Shown here: positions 46,452 through 53,562 of the stretch, piece after piece
Layout of the letters: each line of letters begins with the position of its first letter
How positions within the stretch are numbered: position 1 is the stretch's first letter
Assembly: GCA_043744805.1 (NCBI GenBank)
Contig: JAYTTZ010000247.1
Location: 1 to 53,562 of the forward strand
DNA length: 53,562 nucleotides
Source: Gammaproteobacteria bacterium
GTDB lineage: Bacteria; Pseudomonadota; Gammaproteobacteria; Ga0077536
Reading direction: 5' to 3'
Made by a program: the position numbers and the translations under genes
Notes under the pieces: generated by a model
Told to the model about the DNA's origin: nothing
Databases searched by the model: none
The model's input: the letters and a program-made list of their open reading frames with translations, nothing else

Positions 46452-47181
46452 TTGAGCGGAAGCTACTTTGATCCGGATTGGACCGCAAAGGTCACAGTGC
46501 CCGTCAAACTCGTGGACGAGCGCTGGGAGTTTTTCTATGGGGGAGACATGCCGATGAAAGAAGCCAGCTTTGGCCAGATCGCCCAGGAGGCGGCGCACAT
46601 CGCCAACCCGCAGTTTCGCGAGCATGCCACCCGGGAACTGACGCTCAAGATTCTCGAAGAGGGCACCCCGTTGCTGGTGGCCTTGAGCGATCTGGTGCCG
46701 AGCCAAGCCGTATTGGCTCGACCTTCGCCCACTCCGGCACCCGCGGGTACAACACGGGTCGAACGCGTTCATCTGGGCCCTTCGCGCCTGCGGTCGGCCG
46801 CAGCACAGCAAGACCCAGAGCATCTCCGCGGTGGCCTGTGGCTCAAGCTCAAGGGCCTGGAGCAGCGAGTTGCTGGGGAGCACGGTCCTGATGCCGCCGG
46901 GCTTTTCGCAGCGCGAGGCGGTGATCTTGAACCATGCGTTTACGCTGTTCTCGCAGACCTGTGAAACCCACCGTATTTCGAACACGAGCACTGTCTACAC
47001 CCGCTTCGTCTACCAGGAGCGCGACGGCCAATGGCACCGGCTGGACGAACTCCGCATGGGCGCTCAGGCCACGGGAGAAAGGCAACTACTGAACTCACTT
47101 TGGGCCGAAGTCGAGCAGAAGCCCGGTTGGCTGCCTACGCCGGTGGTGGACCGTCCGCGCCCGCGCAAGTGGCAGAAGTAA
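46452..47181 (+). pseudogene. Frameshifted hypothetical gene
   Basis: One frame (SGSYFDPDWT...GGLWLKLKGLE) continues in another frame from about 46862 (ELLGSTVLMP...LNHAF...HRISNT...YQE), ending 16 nt before the DUF4062 gene. Confidence 0.6.
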
Positions 47182-47196
47182 GGGAGAACCATCAGC

Positions 47197-47844
47197 ATGA
47201 ATTCGGAAGCAGAAAAGCAGCGACTGACCTTGATGGTGTCGTCTACCGTCTACGGCATCGAAGAGCTGTTGGAGAAGATCTACGCCATGCTCACAGCCTT
47301 TGGCTACGACGTTTGGATGTCGCACAAGGGCACGTTGCCCGTCAGCTCTACGCGCACGGCGTTCGAAAACTGCCTGCACGGGGTGGAACAGTGTGATCTG
47401 TTCTTCAGCCTCATCACGCCGCAGTACGGCTCCGGCGTGCTGGGTGAGCGTGAGATGTCCATCACCCATGAGGAATTGCTCAAGGCGATTGAGCTGAACA
47501 AGCCGCGCTGGATACTCGCGCACAGCGATGTGGTGTTTGCGCGCACCTTACTCATAAGCCTTGGCCATAATACGGCCGAGAAGCGAGCCGCGCTGCGTCT
47601 GAAGAAGAGCAAGGTGATCGACGACCTGCGGGTGATCGACATGTACGAGGCGGCCATTCGTCACGACGTGCAGATGCCCGACCGCAAGGGCAACTGGGTT
47701 CAGAAGATCGGCAACGCGGATGACGCGCTGCTCTATGCATCGTCGCAGTTCTTCCGCTACCAGGAAGCGGAGAGCTTTGTGTCCGAGCACCTGCGTGACT
47801 CGCAAGCCGTGGCGCGCAAGCTCAAGGAAAGGAAGCAGCCATGA
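47197..47844 (+). CDS. DUF4062 domain protein (TIR/NDT-like fold)
   Basis: Motifs LMVSSTVYG, CLHGVEQCDLFFSLITPQYGS, SITHEELLKAIELNKPR. Confidence 0.82.
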   Translation: MNSEAEKQRLTLMVSSTVYGIEELLEKIYAMLTAFGYDVWMSHKGTLPVSSTRTAFENCLHGVEQCDLFFSLITPQYGSGVLGEREMSITHEELLKAIELNKPRWILAHSDVVFARTLLISLGHNTAEKRAALRLKKSKVIDDLRVIDMYEAAIRHDVQMPDRKGNWVQKIGNADDALLYASSQFFRYQEAESFVSEHLRDSQAVARKLKERKQP

Positions 47845-49250
47845 TCAGCGACCTGTTGCTGCAGCAGATTGCGCAGGGTGAAGGTCTGCACACTGAGTTC
47901 AAACTCAGTGTGTCGAATCTGGACGCGTTGGCAGAGGTGGTGTGTTCGTTCTTGAACACGCAGGGTGGCACGTTGTTCTGTGGCGTCGGCGACAAAGGTG
48001 AGGTGTTGGGCCTGCCACCCGACGAGCAGGACGCGCAGCGCATGCGCGGCATGCACCAGGCACTTGCGGATCGGCTGACGCCTTCGGCCCTGTTCACGGT
48101 GAGCCTGGATGACCTGGAGGGCAAGTCGGTGCTAACCATCGAGGTGCCCGAAGGCAAGGACCGACCTTATGTGTGTGGCGGCCGAGTGTTCTTGCGCCGC
48201 AACGACCGCACTGTGCCGGCCGAGGCACAAGCGCTGCGCGAGATGGTGCAAACCAAGTCCGTGAGTGCGGACCGCTGGGAGCGTCGGTCCTCCATGGGCA
48301 TGGAGGAAGTCGACGTTGATCACGATGAGGTGCGCGCACTGGTGCGTGAGGCGGGCGAGTCGGGTCGCCTCCGATTTGCCAAGCATGAAGACGATGACGG
48401 TGTGCTGGCCGAACTGGGCTTGTCAGGTGCCCGGGGCTACACGCAAGGGGCTGACGTGCTGTTCGCGCGCAACCCGGCGCAGCGTCACCCGCAGACGCGG
48501 GTACGGCTGGTTCGCTTTGCGGCAAGCAAGACGGCCCGCGAGTATCTGGATGACCGGCAACTCCACGGGCCCCTGGTCCGCGTTCTGAATCAAACCTTCG
48601 ATTGGATTCGCGGGCATCTGCCGGTGGAGCAGCACTTCGAAGCCGACCCCAAGGCGCCGCTGGTGCGCCACGCGCGTCTGGCTTACCCCGAGGCCGCCGT
48701 GCGCGAGGGGCTCGTGAATGCGTTTGCGCATCGAGACTATGCTGGCTTTTCAGGCGGGCTGACCGTGAGCGTGTATGCGGACCGTATCGAAATATGGAAT
48801 TCGGGCCGTCTGCCTGACGGCCTGACTCCGGCCACCTTACGGCGCAATCACCCGTCGTTGCCGGCTAACCCGGACATGGCCCAGGTGTTGTATCTGCGGG
48901 GACTGATGGAGCGCATCGGCCGCGGCACGCAAAAAATCATCCAGTCGTGTGTGGACCTGGGGCTGCGTCCGCCGCAATGGGAAGATCTGAAAACCGGCGT
49001 CACTCTGACGCTATGGGGACCGAGCGGCGCGCAAGAGGAACGGGCGTCGCTCAACGCGCGTCAACGGGCGCTGCTGGCAGCGATGAAGCTGGATGAGCGA
49101 ATCCGGCCTGCGGAGTATCGAGAGCGTTTCGCGCCCGAAGTATCTGAGCGCCATGCCCGTCGAGACTTGGTGGCGATGGAAGAACTGGGTCTACTGCGGG
49201 TGGAGGGTGCTGGCGCAGCCACCGCGTACGTGCGGACGAACCGGACATGA
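47841..49250 (+). CDS. Schlafen AlbA_2 + HATPase_c_4 (RecG-C-like) + C-terminal wHTH protein
   Basis: Motifs GEGLHTEFK, SFLNTQGGTLFCGVGD, YPEAAVREGLVNAFAHRDY, DRIEIWNSG, ERIGRG, SERHARRDL. ATGA overlap with DUF4062. Confidence 0.88.
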   Translation: MISDLLLQQIAQGEGLHTEFKLSVSNLDALAEVVCSFLNTQGGTLFCGVGDKGEVLGLPPDEQDAQRMRGMHQALADRLTPSALFTVSLDDLEGKSVLTIEVPEGKDRPYVCGGRVFLRRNDRTVPAEAQALREMVQTKSVSADRWERRSSMGMEEVDVDHDEVRALVREAGESGRLRFAKHEDDDGVLAELGLSGARGYTQGADVLFARNPAQRHPQTRVRLVRFAASKTAREYLDDRQLHGPLVRVLNQTFDWIRGHLPVEQHFEADPKAPLVRHARLAYPEAAVREGLVNAFAHRDYAGFSGGLTVSVYADRIEIWNSGRLPDGLTPATLRRNHPSLPANPDMAQVLYLRGLMERIGRGTQKIIQSCVDLGLRPPQWEDLKTGVTLTLWGPSGAQEERASLNARQRALLAAMKLDERIRPAEYRERFAPEVSERHARRDLVAMEELGLLRVEGAGAATAYVRTNRT

Positions 49251-49414
49251 ATGGCGTCGAACCGGACGTGAACCGGACACCGCCAGCCATCTCACCGCCA
49301 CGGTTCATCGCTTTAAAAAGTAAATCAAATATTTGAATTTAATAAATTTTAAAGACTCTCCCAAGGCGACATCATGAACCTTACCGCTAGGAACCGGACA
49401 TCCTCCGGACATCC
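49238..49414 (+). repeat. Dispersed direct repeats GAACCGGAC(A/G)
   Basis: Copies at 49238, 49259, 49270 and 49391, plus a partial CCGGACATCC at 49405, flanking an AT-rich tract. Confidence 0.8.
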
Positions 49415-49543
49415 ACCCCACGACCGATGAAGCCGTACTACCCATGTTGCCATCACTTCTCGCACGCGACATGAAGCAGGGTTTGGAGCATTTCCTAGTG
49501 TTCGGTTTTGAGCAGACCGATGCCTTTATGCACGGGCCGATAG

Positions 49544-49740
49544 GCCGCTTTTGCCGATGACGTCGAAGATGCCAACCACAACGGCCGGGTGGATGCCGGT
49601 GAATCCAATCCCAACGCGTCAGGATCGGTGCCCATCACGACGGGCCGCAAGGTGCCTGCCTTCGGGCCGGTGCTGGCCGGGATCCTGGCGCTGGGGCTGT
49701 GGAGCATCGCGCGACGTCGCGCGGGCGCCGCGCCGTTGAG
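49544..49740 (+). pseudogene. 3' remnant of a surface protein: Ca-binding-type repeat plus IPTL/VPxx-CTERM-like sorting signal
   Basis: DDVEDANHNGRVDAGESNPN...VPAFGPVLAGILALGLWSIARRR. There is no N-terminus or signal peptide, and an in-frame TAG lies at 49541. Confidence 0.65.
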
Positions 49741-49749
49741 GGACACGAC

Positions 49750-50280
49750 TCAGGACAGGCCGGGGTCGCCGGGAGGCTTCACCAGCGAAGTCCAGCCGAT
49801 GAAGAACAGCATGACCATCACCACCAGCAGGCCCGGCACGAAGTACTCGTGCAGGGCCTCGAACCGCGCGGGATGGTGTGCTGCCACGAAGTAGAGGCCT
49901 ACCAGCCGCAGCAGGTTCAACCAGTACACAAGGGCGGCACCGCCCAGCACGCCCAGCGCGCGCAAGCGCCACGGCGCCTTGAACGCAACGACTGCGGCCA
50001 CCAGCAGGAACAAGGCACCGCTGCCGTCGCAGCCGCGAACCACTTCCAGCACGGCGCCAGCCGACACGATGCGATTCTCGACGGCCAGCACCTGCTCACC
50101 GCCGGCAAGCGTGTTGATCAGCGCAGCGCTCGGCTGCGTGAAACCATGTAGGTACGCCGTGCTCGCCAACCACTGGTCGGGAATGAGTCCGTAGCCGTAG
50201 TGCAGCGCGACGTAGGCGACGAGCATCCGCGCGGCAAACCAGCCGGGAGAGGGGAGCGGTGCCGAGGCAGGTGGGTTCAT
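49750..50280 (-). CDS. Exosortase/archaeosortase family protein (XrtM/XrtH-like)
   Basis: Multi-TM protein with a Cys-Arg-His triad: LEVVRGCDG, LNLLRL, LHEY. Confidence 0.85.
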   Translation of the reverse strand: MNPPASAPLPSPGWFAARMLVAYVALHYGYGLIPDQWLASTAYLHGFTQPSAALINTLAGGEQVLAVENRIVSAGAVLEVVRGCDGSGALFLLVAAVVAFKAPWRLRALGVLGGAALVYWLNLLRLVGLYFVAAHHPARFEALHEYFVPGLLVVMVMLFFIGWTSLVKPPGDPGLS

Positions 50281-50858
50281 TCGAAGCCTGGCAGCACGTG
50301 TTGCCGGCCAGGAATCTTTGGTCGTGGCAGGGCGACACCTTCATGCGCCAGCAGCCAGGCCTTGCGTTCCAATCCGCCGCCGTAGCCGGTGAGGGTGCCG
50401 TTGGCGCCAATCACGCGGTGGCAGGGCACGACGATGCCGATGGGATTGGCACCGTTCGCAAGGCCCACCGCGCGGACCGCAGCGGGCTTGCCAAGTTTCG
50501 CGGCAAGCGCGCCATAGGGGGTGGTGCTGCCTGCGGGCAAGGTCCGCAGCGCGGTCCAGACGTCACGCTGGAAGGGCGTGCCGTTGGTCGCTACCGGCAG
50601 TGCATCCAGCGCCTCGAGCTGGCCCCCGAAGTAGCCTTCGAATGCGCATGCCAGCGGTGTCGGGCACGGCGCCGGCGTGAGCCGGTAACCCTTGCCCTCG
50701 ATCCCGTAATGCAGCCGGAGCAGGCGCTGCGTGCGTTCGTCGTGGTCGGCCCAGTCGAGCGCGCGCAGCACGTGTTCGTCGTCGAAGACCAGCACCATCT
50801 CGCCCAGCGGACTGGGCAAGATCGCGCGTCGGAGGCTGAGTGGCGCGGTCGGCTCCAT
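50277..50858 (-). CDS. ogt: Methylated-DNA-protein-cysteine methyltransferase
   Basis: Motifs GTPFQRDVW, AVRAVGLANGANP, PCHRVIG, GYGGGLERK. Confidence 0.93.
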   Translation of the reverse strand: MEPTAPLSLRRAILPSPLGEMVLVFDDEHVLRALDWADHDERTQRLLRLHYGIEGKGYRLTPAPCPTPLACAFEGYFGGQLEALDALPVATNGTPFQRDVWTALRTLPAGSTTPYGALAAKLGKPAAVRAVGLANGANPIGIVVPCHRVIGANGTLTGYGGGLERKAWLLAHEGVALPRPKIPGRQHVLPGFE

Positions 50859-51712
50859 CACGCCGCCGGCGTATCGAAATCGCTGGCGGCGTGGCGTTCT
50901 GCCAACTGTTGGTCTGCCGGGCCCCAGGTCTTGTTCACCCGGCTCCCGCGCCGCACGGCCGGGCGCGTGGCGATTTCGTTGGCCCAGCGGAGCACGTGCT
51001 TGTAGGACTGCACGTCGAGGAACTCCTGGGCGTTGTAGAGATCCCCCGTGAGGAGCACGCCATACCAGGGGTACACCGCGATGTCGGCAATGGTGTAGTC
51101 GTTGCCGCACAGGAATCGACGTTCGGCGAGGTTGCGATCGAGGACGTCCAGCTGGCGCTTCACTTCCATCGTGAAACGATTGATGCAGTACTCCATCTTG
51201 CTCGGCGCATAAGCGTAGAAGTGACCGAAGCCGCCGCCGAGGTAGGGCGCGCTGCCCATCTGCCAGAAGAGCCACGACAGGCATTCGGCGCGGGCCGCAG
51301 GGGCCTTCGGCAGGAAGGCGTCGAACTTCTCGGCGAGGTAGACCAGGATCGCGCCGGACTCGAACACGCGGGTGGGCGGCGTGGTGCTGCAATCAAGCAA
51401 GGCGGGGATCTTGGAATTGGGATTGATGGCCACGAAGTCGCTGCCGAACTGATCCCCCGAGAGGATCGAGACCAGCCAGGCGTCGTACTCGGCGCCAGCG
51501 TGGCCGAGCGCCAGCAGTTCCTCCAGCATCACCGTGACCTTCACGCCGTTCGGGGTGCCCATCGAATAAAGCTGCAGCGGATGCTTGCCGCGGGCCAGCG
51601 TCTGGTCGTGGGTGGCGCCGGCGATGGGCCGGTTGATCTTGGCGAATTGCCCGCCGGATTCGGCATCCCAGGTCCAGACTTTCGGGGGCGTGTAAGTCGT
51701 GTCGCTGCTCAT
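50858..51712 (-). CDS. yghU: Glutathione-dependent disulfide-bond oxidoreductase YghU
   Basis: Motifs YTPPKVWTW, INRPIAG, TPNGVKV, NPNSKIPAL, LGGGFGHFYAYAP, ERHAASDF. Confidence 0.93.
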   Translation of the reverse strand: MSSDTTYTPPKVWTWDAESGGQFAKINRPIAGATHDQTLARGKHPLQLYSMGTPNGVKVTVMLEELLALGHAGAEYDAWLVSILSGDQFGSDFVAINPNSKIPALLDCSTTPPTRVFESGAILVYLAEKFDAFLPKAPAARAECLSWLFWQMGSAPYLGGGFGHFYAYAPSKMEYCINRFTMEVKRQLDVLDRNLAERRFLCGNDYTIADIAVYPWYGVLLTGDLYNAQEFLDVQSYKHVLRWANEIATRPAVRRGSRVNKTWGPADQQLAERHAASDFDTPAA

Positions 51713-51867
51713 GGCTCGTCCTCGGTGTGGAGAAGGGGCCTGCAGTATAGCGATGAGTCGTGAAACGTTTTGTGCTTGCCCCGGTTCCCCCGAAGTCCAT
51801 GCCTTTCAAGCGGGGGCGCCAGCCCGCCGGGGGCCCCGGCCCTGTCGGCACGGCGCGCCGGCAGCCC

Positions 51868-52143
51868 TTAGCGATGGAATTCGACGTAGAAGCGCACGTC
51901 GCCCATGGGACAGACCTCATGCCGCACGGTGGGCTCGACCACGCCCGGTACGCCGGGCGACAGGATGAGCACTTCGAGTTCGGGTTCGAGGATCGTGTAG
52001 CGGAGTTCGCCTGCGAGTACCACGATAAGTCCCCACACCCCTTGCCTGGTGTCGTGGCTCCTCAACAGACCGGCGGGTACGGTGTCTTGGGTGAAGTCTG
52101 GCGTGCGCTTGTAGGCGGTCACGCTGGTGGGCAGTGATTTCAT
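51868..52143 (-). CDS. DUF1971 (TehB-N/YeaR-like cupin)
   Basis: YKRTPDFTQDTVPAGLLRSHDTRQGVWG...FYVEF. Confidence 0.85.
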   Translation of the reverse strand: MKSLPTSVTAYKRTPDFTQDTVPAGLLRSHDTRQGVWGLIVVLAGELRYTILEPELEVLILSPGVPGVVEPTVRHEVCPMGDVRFYVEFHR

Positions 52144-52204
52144 CGAGGCAGTCGCGCCAACCGGCACGCGGCCAGGTGGCGCGCCCGTCCCTGGCGGAAA
52201 CCGC

Positions 52205-52492
52205 TCAGGTCGGCTCTTCGAGGATCAGGAAATTGGGTTCCATGACTTCGTCACGCAGCGGGATCAGGGCCTGGTAGGCGGGGGAGTTGTACCAGGCTTC
52301 AAGCGCTGCCACGTCAGAAAATTTCACGACCAGGCAGGCGTTCGCGCCGAAGCTACCGGCGAGGGTGCGCACCTTGCCGCGGGCCACCACGGTGCCGCCT
52401 GCGGCAACCAGGGTGGGACCGGCGGCAGACGAGTATTCCGGAAGGCGGTTGGCATCCTTCACCTTGGCAAAGGCAATCAGGTAAGCGGACAT
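52205..52492 (-). CDS. DUF1330 protein
   Basis: Motifs MSAYLIA, GGTVVARG, AWYNSPAYQALIPLR. Confidence 0.88.
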   Translation of the reverse strand: MSAYLIAFAKVKDANRLPEYSSAAGPTLVAAGGTVVARGKVRTLAGSFGANACLVVKFSDVAALEAWYNSPAYQALIPLRDEVMEPNFLILEEPT

Positions 52493-52543
52493 TGGTCTTT
52501 CCTTTTTTGAGGGTGGTGCCAGCGCTGGCGGTGGCGTGGTGGA

Positions 52544-53562
52544 TCAGGTGTTGAGCTTGTAGCCCCGGTAGCCGGCGTCCACCACCTGCTTCGCGAACTC
52601 GAAGTAGGTGAGGCCGCCCCCCGCATAGGGCATGAAGCCGCCGGGCTTGCCGTCGACGTTCTCGCCGGTGTACCAGGACTTCACCTTGGTGTAGATGGTC
52701 TGTTTCGCGATCCATTCAACGTACCTGGTCCAGGCCGCTTCCTCGCGCGGCTTCGCCTCGATGCTCGCGTACTGGTGCTGGCGGAGGTACTCGATGGCGT
52801 CGACCACGAAGTCAACGTTCTGCTCGATGCTGCCCACCATGTTGTACAGCACGGACGGGCTGCCGGGGCCGGTAATCATGAAGAGGTTGGGGAAGCCCGC
52901 GATGCTGACCCCCAGGTAGTTCCTGGCACCGTGCTGCCATTTCTCGCGCAGGCTCAAGCCGTCCTTGCCACGGATGTCGACCGCCAGCAGTGCGCCCGTC
53001 ATGGCGTCGAAGCCGGTGGCGAAGACCACGGCATCCAGCGGATATTCGGTGCCATTGGCGGTGCGGAGGCCGTGCCCGGTGAAGCGATCGATGGGGGACT
53101 CGCGCAAATCCACCAGGGTGACGTTGTCGCGGTTGTAGATTTCGAAGTAGTCGGTGTCCACGCACAGGCGCTTCGCTCCCAATGGGTATTGCGGCATCAG
53201 CTTCTCGGCCAGCGCCGGATCCTTGATGCGTGCACGGATTTTTTCCTTCACCCAGTCGCTCACGATCTTGTTCGATTCCAGATCCGTCACGAGATCGGGG
53301 TAGGCCGCCAGCATCAGGTAACCACCGCGCGCCCAGGCGAACTCCAGTTGCTGCTGCAGGGCCTTGGCAGTGGCTTCCTTCGCCCCGTGATCCGGCATTT
53401 CGTAATGGAGGCCCACCTCGGATTCCTTGATGAGCCGGCGGATTTCGCCGTAGGTGGCCTGCGCCTCGCGCATTTCCTCAGCGCTGATCGCGCGGTTCCA
53501 GGCTGGAATCGAGAACTGCGGCGTGCGCTGGAACATGCACAGGTGTCCCGCTTGTTGCGCGA
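52544..53562 (-). CDS. Baeyer-Villiger monooxygenase (CHMO/PAMO-like), 5' part outside the window
   Basis: Motifs FQRTP, AKRLCVDTDY, VFATGFDAMTG, GFPNLFMITGPGSPSVL, SWYTGEN. Confidence 0.93.
   Translation of the reverse strand, partial: AQQAGHLCMFQRTPQFSIPAWNRAISAEEMREAQATYGEIRRLIKESEVGLHYEMPDHGAKEATAKALQQQLEFAWARGGYLMLAAYPDLVTDLESNKIVSDWVKEKIRARIKDPALAEKLMPQYPLGAKRLCVDTDYFEIYNRDNVTLVDLRESPIDRFTGHGLRTANGTEYPLDAVVFATGFDAMTGALLAVDIRGKDGLSLREKWQHGARNYLGVSIAGFPNLFMITGPGSPSVLYNMVGSIEQNVDFVVDAIEYLRQHQYASIEAKPREEAAWTRYVEWIAKQTIYTKVKSWYTGENVDGKPGGFMPYAGGGLTYFEFAKQVVDAGYRGYKLNT

Larger units (their letters stand above)
42956..49500. mobile_element. Putative horizontally acquired island (no integrase visible; boundaries approximate)
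   Basis: Visibly more A/T-ending codons than the flanks, an AT-rich tract at about 49312..49355, accessory-type genes, and a truncated gene at the right edge. Confidence 0.55.

Noticed and set aside
49238-49414. Possible CRISPR array
   Set aside because: The repeats are only 9-10 bp with irregular spacing, and there are no cas genes.
42900-49550. att sites, tRNA target or integrase for the island
   Set aside because: I found no flanking direct repeat, tRNA or recombinase by eye, so the boundaries remain approximate.

Overview
GC-rich proteobacterial chromosomal window, probably beta- or gammaproteobacterial (not provable from sequence alone). It has about 45 intact CDS and no rRNA, tRNA, CRISPR array, integrase or transposase that I can see. 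From left to right: (1) the right end of a MITE-like element; (2) a phosphate-starvation lipid-remodelling cluster (plcP, btaB, btaA, HAD hydrolase, GT4 glycosyltransferase) with candidate Pho boxes; (3) a marR-NodT-emrA-emrB efflux operon; (4) many catabolic/CoA enzymes (SDRs, MaoC-type dehydratase, esterase, AOR, LLM oxidoreductase, two crotonases, amidase, CoA-transferase, BVMO); (5) cbtBA and a Tat-exported PhoX/DUF839-like protein; (6) two VPxP-CTERM surface-protein genes, one broken by an amber stop; (7) a DUF1302-DUF1329-His/Met-rich lipoprotein-DUF5667 operon; (8) a compositionally distinct island (about 43.0-49.5 kb) carrying a 1136-aa membrane-anchored unknown protein, a frameshifted gene, and a DUF4062 + Schlafen/AlbA_2-ATPase-HTH pair. 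The island lies between an exosortase (XrtM/XrtH-like), a truncated sorting-signal substrate and a putative exosortase companion gene. Several genes are internally deleted remnants (thiolase-like, LLM, P450) or fragments (GGDEF), and there is an exact 59-bp inverted duplication. Family assignments come from motif recognition, not database searches.
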